DNA of 64,000 nt from Candidatus Babeliales bacterium (lineage in GTDB: Bacteria > Babelota > Babeliae > Babelales > JANWKD01): the NCBI GenBank assembly GCA_963762115.1, contig CAVXJH010000007.1:32001-96000 (forward strand), read 5' to 3'. The stretch's first letter is position 1; each line of letters starts with the position of its first letter. The position numbers were made by a program, and so were the translations under genes. The notes below the pieces were generated by a model. That model had not been told where the DNA came from. It did no database searches and saw only the letters and a program-made list of their open reading frames with translations. Of this stretch, positions 19,135-29,540 are shown piece after piece.

Positions 19135-20859
19135 ATGTTTAAGCAAATATATATAAAAATGTTTTCAATTTGCATTATAGCAGCCTTAACAACTCAAAGT
19201 TTTGGCATGTTCATACTTACAAAAAAATTACATAAAAAAAACTGTGCATACGTTATGTATAGACAATCACAAAATGAAGAACAAGCAACAGTATCATCTC
19301 ATGCAAATAACCAAGAAACACTCTTTTCGGAAAAAGAAACTGATGCTCCTTTGGAAGCCTTAACAAGTTCCTCTGAAGAATCTGAAGAAACGGTGCAATC
19401 GAAAAGTATTTTTTCACGATTACTCGATTATTTTACCCCCGTACCAGCAACCGTAGAAGTTAACTCACACATTTATAATGGAAACAAAATTGAAATGTCT
19501 GAAAACCGTTGCATAAAACAAATCTATGTAACGAATCAATTTGGTACTCATGGTGGTGGCGATGCAAGTTGTGGCTATCAATCATTGAAAAATGCTATTT
19601 ATCTTATAAAGGCATTACAAGAATCTAGCACAACAGAGAGTTTAAATAACGATTTGAATAATCTTACTATTATCAATACTTTATTTGGACCAGTGCACAA
19701 AAACTCTGTCGGCACTTGGCGTGCAATCATCATGCAAAAGCGTGCTTTAATAGTATTCAAAAATTATATTTATCAACGCTTAGAACTTAAAAAATTAGAT
19801 GAAATACAAGAAAATACCTGTATACAATTTGAAAGCAAAAAACGTTTTCTTCTGAATAAAAGTAAAATTCGTGAGGTCTTTGCGACCTTACTCAATAAAT
19901 ATGCTCAAGAAGCAGCAGAAGCATTAACAAATGGCCAAACAACACAATTATATATTAATCCTGAACTTATCATTGAATATATTCAAAATAATTTAAATCC
20001 TGAAGTTATACAAGATCCTCAGGAATTTATAGAAGAAAGCTCCATTTGCTTAGATGAGAATCCAAGCATTGAATGTCATGACCTTGATGAACTATTTGGT
20101 TTATTATATACCTACCTCCGAGAAAACAACACCATTGACACCTATATTAACCTTTCGTCAATAAAAACATTTGAGCTCTCCCTTGATAATTCAAAAGAGG
20201 CTTTTGATCTCTATAATAATAACAACTCAAATCCATCACAATTGGATGGTGATTGGCTCCAAGAAGAAGAAATTTATGCCTTAAAAAATCTTGAAGCAGC
20301 AGACAACATTCATTGTATGAAAGAAAGCAGAAATGGCCTATTGCATGGACTTGATTACAAGTTCACCATTATTGAAGATGTTAACGATTTAACCGGCACA
20401 CATGGTGACACTATTAATCACGAAATTTTCCAAGAAATAGAACTCAAATCACAAAAAGGTATTAATAAAGCAAAAACTGCCTTAGCAGCAGATGAAATAA
20501 AAAAATATATCCATGCTTTTATTGTAGGAACTGCTGACAGATCTCGATCAACTCATGGTCATTGGTTTGTGTTACTGCTTTATAAGCATGACAATATGCA
20601 TGAATATATTGTTATGGATTCAGCCAATAACGCAAATCGCTTATATGACGAACGGGTGAAAAAAATTATTTCGCTACTAGAAAATCAAGATTTAACGGAT
20701 AAAATTGTCGCATCACCTGAAGAATTAAAAGAACTTGAAAATAAAATTAGAACTAAAGTTGCTGAACATGATTTGGAAGCACTTGATCTTATTGAAAACT
20801 ATAAACAATGTGGTGGAACAATTGATTTTTCTGAAGAAACACAAGCATTATTCTCATAA
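19135..20859 (+). CDS. Secreted protein with putative cysteine protease (ubiquitin/Ubl-protease-like) triad
   Basis: Signal peptide; NQF..DASCGYQSLKN, GDWLQEEEI, GHWFVLLL, VMDS motifs. Confidence 0.6.
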   Translation: MFKQIYIKMFSICIIAALTTQSFGMFILTKKLHKKNCAYVMYRQSQNEEQATVSSHANNQETLFSEKETDAPLEALTSSSEESEETVQSKSIFSRLLDYFTPVPATVEVNSHIYNGNKIEMSENRCIKQIYVTNQFGTHGGGDASCGYQSLKNAIYLIKALQESSTTESLNNDLNNLTIINTLFGPVHKNSVGTWRAIIMQKRALIVFKNYIYQRLELKKLDEIQENTCIQFESKKRFLLNKSKIREVFATLLNKYAQEAAEALTNGQTTQLYINPELIIEYIQNNLNPEVIQDPQEFIEESSICLDENPSIECHDLDELFGLLYTYLRENNTIDTYINLSSIKTFELSLDNSKEAFDLYNNNNSNPSQLDGDWLQEEEIYALKNLEAADNIHCMKESRNGLLHGLDYKFTIIEDVNDLTGTHGDTINHEIFQEIELKSQKGINKAKTALAADEIKKYIHAFIVGTADRSRSTHGHWFVLLLYKHDNMHEYIVMDSANNANRLYDERVKKIISLLENQDLTDKIVASPEELKELENKIRTKVAEHDLEALDLIENYKQCGGTIDFSEETQALFS

Positions 20860-20914
20860 AAAACTACATTTGCTCGAATAAGGGGAACTGGAGGTTTCAC
20901 TTAGGTGGGGTTAC

Positions 20915-20940
20915 CATGCCGCGTAATTAAGCGCGGCATG
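20915..20940. terminator. Hairpin between convergent genes
   Basis: CATGCCGCG / CGCGGCATG 9-bp stem. Confidence 0.55.
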
Positions 20941-20947
20941 TGCCATT

Positions 20948-21784
20948 TTAAAAAATCTTATAATGACACACTTCTTCTAATTCTTGGATAATTTTTTCAA
21001 TAACTATTAAAGGCAACCGAAACTGCTTAAGCATAGTAGGTTTTCTCAAAAGATCTCGACACAAAACATATCCTTTTTGAATAAGAATTCTCTTTTGTCG
21101 ATTATTAAGCGATGTTAAAACAGTAACAGGATATAATGCATACTTATCGATAAGTTCCGCTAAATTGTTTTTTAAAGGGTATGACCATGCGAGTAACTTC
21201 ATATCTACACATTGAGCATACGCAATTGCTTCAGTGGTAAAATTAGTATTGGTAATAAGCATTTTTTGAACATGTTTTTTTTCAGGAAATTGTTCAATTA
21301 TTTTTTTTTGAATATCATCAAAACGAGATTTAAAATAAAGAGGAACTTTGCTATCAGATTTCAAACCCTGGCGATTATGAAATTTACATTCACCCACCAT
21401 TATAGTTACGTCTTTAGTAGCAATAAGATCAATTTCATGACTTATACAACTTCCCTGAACAAATTTTCTTGTTTGGGTTATATAACCTTGATGCAAAAAT
21501 AATTGAGCAATAAAATCTTCAAATGGATATCCCGAAGGACCCAACTGAATTAAAGCATTTTTTAAACTATAACGAGCGGCAATAGAAGGTTTTTCTTGTT
21601 GCAAAGCATTAAATGCATATTTATAAATTTCATGAGTAGTCTTGAGCTCAGTATTTTTTTCAATACTCTCAATTAATGAATCAATTACTAATGGATCAGC
21701 ACCAGATTTTTCTAATGATCTTCTAAATTTTTGAGCATTAAATTCTTGAAGTTCACCGGATGCTTTTTTGATAATTTTTTTCAT
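20948..21784 (-). CDS. ATP-cone domain plus PD-(D/E)xK restriction-endonuclease-like protein
   Basis: IKKASGELQEFNAQKFRRSL (ATP cone); GYPFEDFIA, HEIDLIA...ECKFH (Mrr-like nuclease). Confidence 0.8.
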   Translation of the reverse strand: MKKIIKKASGELQEFNAQKFRRSLEKSGADPLVIDSLIESIEKNTELKTTHEIYKYAFNALQQEKPSIAARYSLKNALIQLGPSGYPFEDFIAQLFLHQGYITQTRKFVQGSCISHEIDLIATKDVTIMVGECKFHNRQGLKSDSKVPLYFKSRFDDIQKKIIEQFPEKKHVQKMLITNTNFTTEAIAYAQCVDMKLLAWSYPLKNNLAELIDKYALYPVTVLTSLNNRQKRILIQKGYVLCRDLLRKPTMLKQFRLPLIVIEKIIQELEEVCHYKIF

Positions 21785-21866
21785 AGGTTCAATCAAAAAT
21801 TTTTTAATTTTTATAACTGAACATAAGCTTCACTTGATTAGCCCTATAAAGTCAACACAATAATTC

Positions 21867-22775
21867 TTATGATAACAAATCATTATTGCAATAAGAAACA
21901 GTTGGCAGCAAAGTATTTCTTTGTTGCTCAGGAATAATTCCCTTTTGATCAAAAAGCATTACAGGATCGCTATTAAAACACCGTGTTTTAAAAAGATTAT
22001 AAAATTGAGCATAATAAAGGCGATCTAAAACAATATTCATTAAAGAAACATCTTCAACATGCTGCATAATGGGGCTTATCGCAGCAATAAGCTTTGGTTG
22101 CTCAGCTTCCAGGGCAAGAACCATAGAATAAGCAGAATTTAATATCGCAAATGCACGTTCATGCTCTTCACCATCAAAAGACATTTCATCAAATGCTTTA
22201 AACATGGATGCAATACTATGTATTCTCATGGCAGATTTTTGATTATTCTCATGCGTTTGAGCGCACGAATTAATAAGCAAATCACTATTATTATGCAAAT
22301 ATTCTTCAACAATTTTCATTCTTTCAAATGCAATCGCCTCAAAAATCTTTATTGCATTATTTTGTTCTTGTGAATCAAAATACTGCGTAACCACTTGCCA
22401 AATTTTTTGTGTTTCTTTTCTATGCATACATAAACGATTAAGCTTTTTTATCAGATGAGTAAGCTTTTGTATTAATTCTTCTGAATTATCATTTTTTGTT
22501 TTTAATTTCCAAAGAGTCATCAAAATTTTTGATACCACTTTATCATACTTTATATCTGCCTGAGCATATTGATACGAAGCAAAAAGTGCGTTAGCAACAA
22601 GTTGTATTTCATCACCAGATACATGCTCAAAATAAGTATCAACAAGACATTCCATATGAGATGAAACCATTTTTGATAATGGGCTATTTGGTGATTCTAA
22701 AATGAGAATTTCTTCGGAATACAATGAAAAAAGCGTTGCGTTCAAAAACAATACTACTAAAAAAACATTTTTCAT
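21867..22775 (-). CDS. Hypothetical secreted helical protein
   Basis: 302-aa ORF with signal peptide. Confidence 0.7.
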   Translation of the reverse strand: MKNVFLVVLFLNATLFSLYSEEILILESPNSPLSKMVSSHMECLVDTYFEHVSGDEIQLVANALFASYQYAQADIKYDKVVSKILMTLWKLKTKNDNSEELIQKLTHLIKKLNRLCMHRKETQKIWQVVTQYFDSQEQNNAIKIFEAIAFERMKIVEEYLHNNSDLLINSCAQTHENNQKSAMRIHSIASMFKAFDEMSFDGEEHERAFAILNSAYSMVLALEAEQPKLIAAISPIMQHVEDVSLMNIVLDRLYYAQFYNLFKTRCFNSDPVMLFDQKGIIPEQQRNTLLPTVSYCNNDLLS

Positions 22776-22833
22776 AACGAATTATCCCATAGGTGAGGAA
22801 TGAATAGCATATAAAGACTTAAAGGAAAAGAAA

Positions 22834-22909
22834 TGGTCGGGGCGGCCAGACTCGAACTGGCGACCCCTCGCTCCCAAAGCGAGTGCGCTACCAACTGCGC
22901 CACGCCCCG
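22834..22909 (-). tRNA. tRNA-Pro(TGG)
   Basis: CGGGGCG acceptor stem, CTCGC-TTTGGGA-GCGAG anticodon arm, GTTCGAG T-loop, encoded CCA. Confidence 0.97.
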
Positions 22910-23004
22910 ACAGACGTAATCAATGTAATAAAGGTAATGTAGCCGTTTTTATTGAGAAATGCAACTTCTTTTTAATGCGTATTTTACTCTACGCCTAAAA
23001 ACAA

Positions 23005-23247
23005 TTATTCTTTGTCGTCGCACGTATCATTAAAATCAATTTTGAAATTAATTTTTTTTTGTTTAATTTTTTGTACAAAACCAAATTTAGTTTCAAAAAG
23101 CATAATAAGACCGCAATAAACCAGAATACTACCCAAAACTATTTTAAAGATTGGAATATCTAGGTTAAAAATAGCTTTCAATAATACCGTAATACCCAAG
23201 AGTAATAACAGCACACCGGCCAAAAAATTTCCATCCAAAAAATTCAT
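23005..23247 (-). CDS. Small two-TM membrane protein
   Basis: ATG at 23247 (MNFLDG...); the longer ORF call runs into tRNA-His. Confidence 0.6.
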   Translation of the reverse strand: MNFLDGNFLAGVLLLLLGITVLLKAIFNLDIPIFKIVLGSILVYCGLIMLFETKFGFVQKIKQKKINFKIDFNDTCDDKE

Positions 23248-23264
23248 AGAAAGCCCCAAAAAAA

Positions 23265-23341
23265 TGGGGTGAGTGGTGGGGCTCGAACCCACGACCCTCA
23301 GAGCCACAACCTGATGCTCTACCAACTGAGCTACACTCACC
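23265..23341 (-). tRNA. tRNA-His(GTG)
   Basis: Encoded G-1, TCAGG-TTGTGGC-TCTGA anticodon arm, GGTTCGAG, CCA end. Confidence 0.97.
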
Positions 23342-23506
23342 ATAAATTATTTTAATTGCTTTTAAATGTACTGTTTTTTACGTCAAATTGCAACCACTGC
23401 TTTATTTTAATGTATACATCAGGCAACCTTGTCTGTCTGAAGCCCTCATGCTACACTAAAAGCCTTCAATAGAGGAACTTTTAATAAACAATGGTAAAAA
23501 GCTACA

Positions 23507-26227
23507 ATGATTCCCTTAAAAATACAACTTAAAAACTTCCTAAGTTACGGTCCAACACTACAAACCATTGATTTTGGACCATATCCACTCATTTGCCTTA
23601 GTGGTAAAAATGGTCATGGAAAATCGGCATTGTTGGATGCGATTACCTGGGCGGTTTGGGGACAAGCACGAAAAATTTCTGGCGTTGCTAAGGCAGATAA
23701 TCACTTATTAAGACTTGGTCAAACCCAAATGATGGTTATTTTTGATTTTTTATTCAATGATAACCAATACCGGATTAGACGAGAATATGCAAAAACATAT
23801 GGCAAACCTTATGCAACCTTAGATTTTGGCATAATTCAAAAGGAAACGCAGCTCTATCTTCCTCTCACCAGCAAGACCATTCGCGATACTCAGGCCATTA
23901 TTGAAACAACTCTGGGGTTAGATTTTGACTCGTTCATCAATTCTGCTTTTTTACGACAAGGTCAATCAAACGAATTTTCCAAAAAATCTCCCAAAGATCG
24001 CAAAGAAATTCTCAGTTCAATTCTGGGTCTAAAACATTATGACATTATGAAAAAATTGGCTTTGAATAAGGCTAGAGATGCTACAACACAGTTACAACAA
24101 TTACATAATTTTAATGAAAAAATCGAAAGAGAACTAGAAAAAACAAGTGAAATTGCTATAAAAATCATTGAAATACAACAACAAATAGTTCTCTCTCAAG
24201 CGCAAGACAAAAAAATTATCCAAAAAAAAATTGAACTTGAAACAGTAAAACAAAATTACACTCAAGCAAAAAATGCTGAGCAAGTATTACATTTTCAAAT
24301 TCAACAAAAAAATAAAGAACAAGAGACTCTTCAAATAAAGCTGATTGCTTTATATAAAGATTGGAAAAAAATACATGCTCAACAAAAAAACATGTATGAT
24401 CTCACGTCTCTAGAAACTAAGAAACAAGAAATACTCGATAAAATTTCACTATTTCAAAAACAATTACAAAAAAGTTTAGAACTTAAAACAAGCATTTTAC
24501 AGTATCAACAAGAAGAGCAGATTCTTTCAAAAAAATTTCAGGATTCCTTCCAACAACAAATTCAAGAACACCAAATACAACTTCTTTCATTGCAAACAGC
24601 TGTTATTACTAAACAAGCAGAAGAAAAAGAACTGTGCAATAAACAAAATGCTCATGTTCAATTGCTTCAAGAAATTACCAATAAAGTCACCACATTAGAT
24701 GAAAATATAAAAAAAATCACCAATTCTGATAATGAAAAAACTCTAGAAGAGAAAAGGTTCGAAAAGCGAAAAGCATTTTATCATCAATGGATTGCACAAG
24801 GCAATATGGTTGCTCAAGAGTTATCAAATATTCAGCAAAAGCAACTCTTACAATGCAATGATCAAAATACAAGCTGCCCCGTGTGCGAACAAAATTTATC
24901 TGCATCAAGAAAAAAATTTTTAAAAGCAAAATATACTCAAGATGAACAACTTCTCAAACATCGTTTTACTCGTTTAAGTGTTATTACCAAAAAATTAAAA
25001 ATAGTTTTAGTTAAACAACATGCACAATTAGAAACATTAAACAATCAATTGGCACTCCGTGCACAACTAAATAATAATCTTCAAGAATTCACCAAAAATA
25101 AGCTTGCTTTGGAAAATGAGCGCATAATAATTACTAAGCATCTTGCGCAACTTCAACAAGAAATTGTTCAATTTACCACTGAACTTACCGACAAAAATAA
25201 AGACATTCAGCTTTTGCAATCAACACAATCTGAACAAATAATTAATGATCCGTCATATAAAAACTTAAAAAACTCTCTTGAGCAAACACAAGAAGCTTTA
25301 GATAATACGCTTTATGATGCCCAAGAACATCAAAAAACGACCCAAGAATTACAGCTGCTTGAACAACAGCGTGTGCAAGCTCATGTATATTTTCAAGATG
25401 TAGACAAACAAAAAAACAGAAAAGAAGAAATTCAAAATCTTTGTCGCATACTCAAATCAATAAAAAAAGAAATTCGAGAATACACACAAAAAATAAAAGA
25501 ATATGCGCATTTAGAAGCAATCTTGCACACCATACAAACTGAAGAAAACATCATTAACGGTGAAATACAAACGTTACAAGAACAAAAAGAAATCCTTTTG
25601 CTTGAAAAAGGAAGATTAGAAAATGAACGAACAAATTTACTCATTCTAGAAAAAGAACATGCACGCCAGAAAGAAGAAATTAATTCTCTCAAGCAGACAG
25701 TCGATGATTATCAAATATTAGCAACAACATTTGGCAAAGATGGTATTCAAGCGTTACTTATTGAGGAAGCATTGCCCGAAATTGAACAAGAAGCAAATGC
25801 TTTGCTCAATCAATTGACCAATAATCAATCACATATATTTATTGAATCGCTACGAGATTTACAAAAAGGTGGTACCAAAGAAACATTAGATATTAAAATT
25901 TCTGATGCGCAAGGCATTCGACCTTATGAACTATTTTCTGGTGGAGAAGCATTTAGAATCGACTTTGCACTAAGAATTGCCATTTCAAAATTGCTTGCAA
26001 GACGTGCAGGAACTTCATTACAAACGCTCATAATCGATGAGGGATTCGGTTCACAAGATGAAGAAGGACTTGCCTATATTATGGATGCATTACATAAGAT
26101 TCAAGATAATTTTTCTAAAATTATTATCGTTTCTCATCTCACCTCAATGAAAGATCAATTTCCCGTGCATTTTTATATTGAAAAAGGTGCTCAAGGCAGT
26201 ACGGTTAATGTTGTTGAACAAGGTTAA
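23507..26227 (+). CDS. sbcC: SbcC/Rad50-like SMC ATPase
   Basis: GKNGHGKS Walker A, RQGQ Q-loop, CPVC zinc hook, FSGGE signature, IIDEGFGSQD, VSH. Confidence 0.9.
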   Translation: MIPLKIQLKNFLSYGPTLQTIDFGPYPLICLSGKNGHGKSALLDAITWAVWGQARKISGVAKADNHLLRLGQTQMMVIFDFLFNDNQYRIRREYAKTYGKPYATLDFGIIQKETQLYLPLTSKTIRDTQAIIETTLGLDFDSFINSAFLRQGQSNEFSKKSPKDRKEILSSILGLKHYDIMKKLALNKARDATTQLQQLHNFNEKIERELEKTSEIAIKIIEIQQQIVLSQAQDKKIIQKKIELETVKQNYTQAKNAEQVLHFQIQQKNKEQETLQIKLIALYKDWKKIHAQQKNMYDLTSLETKKQEILDKISLFQKQLQKSLELKTSILQYQQEEQILSKKFQDSFQQQIQEHQIQLLSLQTAVITKQAEEKELCNKQNAHVQLLQEITNKVTTLDENIKKITNSDNEKTLEEKRFEKRKAFYHQWIAQGNMVAQELSNIQQKQLLQCNDQNTSCPVCEQNLSASRKKFLKAKYTQDEQLLKHRFTRLSVITKKLKIVLVKQHAQLETLNNQLALRAQLNNNLQEFTKNKLALENERIIITKHLAQLQQEIVQFTTELTDKNKDIQLLQSTQSEQIINDPSYKNLKNSLEQTQEALDNTLYDAQEHQKTTQELQLLEQQRVQAHVYFQDVDKQKNRKEEIQNLCRILKSIKKEIREYTQKIKEYAHLEAILHTIQTEENIINGEIQTLQEQKEILLLEKGRLENERTNLLILEKEHARQKEEINSLKQTVDDYQILATTFGKDGIQALLIEEALPEIEQEANALLNQLTNNQSHIFIESLRDLQKGGTKETLDIKISDAQGIRPYELFSGGEAFRIDFALRIAISKLLARRAGTSLQTLIIDEGFGSQDEEGLAYIMDALHKIQDNFSKIIIVSHLTSMKDQFPVHFYIEKGAQGSTVNVVEQG

Positions 26228-26251
26228 TATCAAACAATAATTATCTCACTA

Positions 26252-26491
26252 TCAAGGCACAACGACAACGTTTCCAATCAAAGGAATTTGTTTTTTTAAT
26301 GATTCTTCAACACCAAAACGTATCGTCATTAATGAAAAAGGGCACCTTTTACAGGCACCCTTTAAAGATACATAAACAATATTGTTTTCAAACTTAATAA
26401 ATTCAATATCGCCACCATCTTTTTGAAGCATTGGTCGAATTTCATCCAATGCTTCATGAATTTTTTGAATAAGCTGTTCGCTTACACCCAT
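26252..26491 (-). CDS. NifU C-terminal (Nfu) domain protein
   Basis: IRPMLQKDGGDIE, LKGACKRCP. Confidence 0.9.
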   Translation of the reverse strand: MGVSEQLIQKIHEALDEIRPMLQKDGGDIEFIKFENNIVYVSLKGACKRCPFSLMTIRFGVEESLKKQIPLIGNVVVVP

Positions 26492-26838
26492 GTTAGTTGT
26501 GCAACAGGTGCAGTATCACTTAGACGTTGGCCAAGTGATCTAAGACGCGTATAACCGCCTGGGCGATTAGCATACGTTGGTGCTATTTCTTTTACAAGCT
26601 TAACAACAGCTTCTTTTTTATAAGGCAACAATGCATGAATACGTCGATATGTATTAAACGTATCGCCAGTTCTTGCAATAGTAACCACTTTTTCAGCCAA
26701 TCGTTGCACTTCTTTGGCATTCGCTCTTGTTGTGACCAATTTCCCATAAGTAATTAAATGGATCACTTGGTTTCGCAACATTGATCGGCGATGTGGAGCT
26801 TTTAAATTTAATTTTTTTTTGCCATTTTGATGATTCAT
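26482..26838 (-). CDS. rplQ: 50S ribosomal protein L17
   Basis: HRRSMLRN, RPGGYTR; follows rpoA. Confidence 0.95.
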   Translation of the reverse strand: MNHQNGKKKLNLKAPHRRSMLRNQVIHLITYGKLVTTRANAKEVQRLAEKVVTIARTGDTFNTYRRIHALLPYKKEAVVKLVKEIAPTYANRPGGYTRLRSLGQRLSDTAPVAQLTWV

Positions 26839-26863
26839 GGTATGTATTACCTTTAGTTACAAG

Positions 26864-27916
26864 TTATTCTTCATCAGCAACTTTTGCTAATTTTTTCAAA
26901 TCAGATTCTTTAATATTCATGCCGAACGAAAGACCAAATGCTTTAAGGCTCTCTTTAACTTCATCTAATGATTTGCGACCAAAGTTCTTAATTTTAAGCG
27001 CTTCATCATCTGAATAATTAACAAGATCAACAACACGTTTGATACCAGCATTAATTAAACAATTATGCGCACGAACTGAAAGTTCTAACTCATTAATTGG
27101 TTTCAAGAGTAAATCTACCGGAATGCCCTTAAGACCTTGTTCACTGTTACCTTTAGGCTGAATAAATTTCGTAGCTTCTTCAGGAACTGAAGAAATGTCA
27201 TTAAATGGTATTTCAGTACTTAACAAGAAATGCTCTAATTGAGTTCTTAATACCGAAACAGCGTAGTGTAATACTTGTAATGGAGTTTCAGCACCATCTG
27301 TATCAATTCGTATAATTAATTTATCATAATCAATATCACGACCTACACGAGTTTTTTCTACGTCAAAAGTAACTTTACGTACCGGTGAAAACATTGCATC
27401 AAGATAAATGCGACCATCTTCTTGTAATTGTTTTCCAGCAGGCCATTGAGCTGGTTGATAACCTCTTCCAGATTCAACAAAAAACTCTATATCAAGAATA
27501 CCACCAGGAGCAACATGCGCTAAAATATGATCTTTGTTAATAAGCTCTAAATGATCATCAGTTTTAATATCAGCAACACGTGCAACCGATTCACCTTTGA
27601 CTATTAGATGCATTTTACCTGATTTGCCCTCTTTATTACGGACAACAATTTCTTTAAGATTCAGAATAATTTGCATCGCATCTTCTAAAACACCCGGCAG
27701 AGGCGAAAATTCATTATTAACGCCTTTAATAATTACGGATGTAACCGCAGAACCTTCTACTCCCCCTAGCAAAACTCTTCGTAACGCATTGCCCAAAGTA
27801 ATCCCAAAACCTGGCTCCAATGGTTGTGCAACAAGTTCACCAAAAGTATCATTTAAGGTTTTCTTATTCCAACCAAGCAGTGGAATTGTTAAAGGTTTAT
27901 ACTCCTTCTTATCCAT
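26864..27916 (-). CDS. rpoA: RNA polymerase subunit alpha
   Basis: PLEPGFGITLGNALRRVLL; alpha-CTD LSVRAHNCL, NFGRKSL. Confidence 0.97.
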   Translation of the reverse strand: MDKKEYKPLTIPLLGWNKKTLNDTFGELVAQPLEPGFGITLGNALRRVLLGGVEGSAVTSVIIKGVNNEFSPLPGVLEDAMQIILNLKEIVVRNKEGKSGKMHLIVKGESVARVADIKTDDHLELINKDHILAHVAPGGILDIEFFVESGRGYQPAQWPAGKQLQEDGRIYLDAMFSPVRKVTFDVEKTRVGRDIDYDKLIIRIDTDGAETPLQVLHYAVSVLRTQLEHFLLSTEIPFNDISSVPEEATKFIQPKGNSEQGLKGIPVDLLLKPINELELSVRAHNCLINAGIKRVVDLVNYSDDEALKIKNFGRKSLDEVKESLKAFGLSFGMNIKESDLKKLAKVADEE

Positions 27917-27975
27917 ATGTTCTCCTGAAAAGTCGACTCAACACCTGTTGAATGACGTGCAAGTAATGACTTGCG

Positions 27976-28533
27976 TTATTTGGAATATAACTCAACAATT
28001 AAATGCTCTTCAATTGGCACTTGAATATCAGAACGAACAGGAAGACGCAAAACACGACCTTTACGATCTTTCTTGTTTAACTCCAACCATTCTGGCACTT
28101 TAACACCAATATTGAGCCTTTTATCAATTACTCTCTCCAAAAATTCTGGTTTTTGCGTAACATTTTGAGCTAACGAAACTTCATCATTAACAGAAACGAG
28201 ATATGAAGGAGAATATACCTTCTGCCCATTTACTAAAATATGTCCGTGTACAATTATTTGACGAGCTTGCGCACGAGATGTTGCAAGTTTAAGTCGATAT
28301 AATGTATTATCAAGTCTTCTCTCCAATAAGCTCAATAAACGCTCACCAGCTGCTTCCTGACTTTTTGCGGCCATCTTAAAAAATCTTTTGAATTGCTTTT
28401 CAAGCATGCCATACATGCTTTTAACTTTTTGTTTTTCTTCAAGCTGCTTACCATATTCGGACAATTTTTTCATACGCTTTGGCGCAGCCGTTTTTTGTTC
28501 TTGAGATCCAACTGGAGTAGACTTTTTTTTCAT
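27976..28533 (-). CDS. rpsD: 30S ribosomal protein S4
   Basis: SEYGKQLEEKQK, LERRLDN, ARQIIVHGH, IVELYSK; ATG at 28533 after AGGA. Confidence 0.93.
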   Translation of the reverse strand: MKKKSTPVGSQEQKTAAPKRMKKLSEYGKQLEEKQKVKSMYGMLEKQFKRFFKMAAKSQEAAGERLLSLLERRLDNTLYRLKLATSRAQARQIIVHGHILVNGQKVYSPSYLVSVNDEVSLAQNVTQKPEFLERVIDKRLNIGVKVPEWLELNKKDRKGRVLRLPVRSDIQVPIEEHLIVELYSK

Positions 28534-28564
28534 AACAATCTTAAATCCTACAAAAATATTATAC

Positions 28565-28951
28565 TTATACTCTACGTTTTTTTGCTGGACGGCATCCATT
28601 ATGAGGCAAAGGCGTCACATCTTGCAAAACGGTAATATTAAGACCTGATGCTTGTAATGCACGCACAACCGCATCTCTTCCTGATCCAGGACCTTGTAAT
28701 TTAACTTCAACATTTTTTGTACCATGTAATGCTGAAAGTTCTTTTGCAAGCTTTAATCCAATTTGTGTAGCTGCAAAAGGGGTCCCTTTACGCGCGCCTT
28801 TGAAATTTTCACGGCCCGCACTTCCTGTTAATAATACATCGCCACTTTCAGTTGTAATCGAAACAAGCGTATTATTAAAAGTTGACTTAACATGCGCAAC
28901 AACTGAGTCAACATGTCTTTTAGTTTTTTTTGTTTTTTTCTTATAAGCCAT
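28565..28951 (-). CDS. rpsK: 30S ribosomal protein S11
   Basis: STFNNT, GPGSGR, DVTPLPHNGCRP. Confidence 0.97.
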   Translation of the reverse strand: MAYKKKTKKTKRHVDSVVAHVKSTFNNTLVSITTESGDVLLTGSAGRENFKGARKGTPFAATQIGLKLAKELSALHGTKNVEVKLQGPGSGRDAVVRALQASGLNITVLQDVTPLPHNGCRPAKKRRV

Positions 28952-28984
28952 TCTTTAAATATCCTCAACAGTCTGTTGATGTTA

Positions 28985-29374
28985 TTATTTTTTAGTTACT
29001 TTACGCTTTAGAGCAACTGCGCCACCAGCTTTTCTAGGGCCTTTACGAGTTCTTGCATTTGTTTTGGTACGTTGACCACGAACAGGCAATCCTCTTTTAT
29101 GCCTTAACCCTCTATAAGATCCTATTTCCTGTAAACGCTTAATATTATTTCTAATATCTTTGCGCAATTCACCTTCAGTTGTATAATGAGAGGTTATTTC
29201 TTTTTGAATAGAAGCAACTTCTTCATCACTCAACTCTTTAACGCGCTTATCAAAATTAATTTTGAGCTTATTAAGAATATCTTGAGCCGATTTTAATCCA
29301 ATGCCAAAAATATACGTTAAGCCAAATTCAACTCTTTTATTGCTCGGAAGATTTACACCTTCGATTCTTGCCAT
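28985..29374 (-). CDS. rpsM: 30S ribosomal protein S13
   Basis: [31 protein letters not shown]. Confidence 0.97.
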   Translation of the reverse strand: MARIEGVNLPSNKRVEFGLTYIFGIGLKSAQDILNKLKINFDKRVKELSDEEVASIQKEITSHYTTEGELRKDIRNNIKRLQEIGSYRGLRHKRGLPVRGQRTKTNARTRKGPRKAGGAVALKRKVTKK

Positions 29375-29404
29375 AAAAATCCCTTGTTAAATCCAATAAT
29401 TTTT

Positions 29405-29521
29405 TTATCCTTGACGCTGCTTGTGTCTTGGATTTCTATCACAAATAATACGAACGACTCCTTCGCGTTTCACAACACGACAGTTTTCGCACATTTTTTT
29501 TACCGATGTCCTTACTTTCAT
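29405..29521 (-). CDS. rpmJ: 50S ribosomal protein L36 (absent from ORF track)
   Basis: Hand-translated [38 protein letters not shown]. Confidence 0.95.
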   Translation of the reverse strand: MKVRTSVKKMCENCRVVKREGVVRIICDRNPRHKQRQG

Positions 29522-29540
29522 TTTTTCCCCGTGACGTTAG

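Noticed and set aside
19000..22909. Genomic island integrated at tRNA-Pro or tRNA-His
   Set aside because: I found no duplicated tRNA 3' end and no integrase.
23248..23343. N-terminal extension MVSVAQLVEHQVVALRVVGSSPTTHP of ORF 23005-23343
   Set aside because: It is a translation of tRNA-His, not protein.
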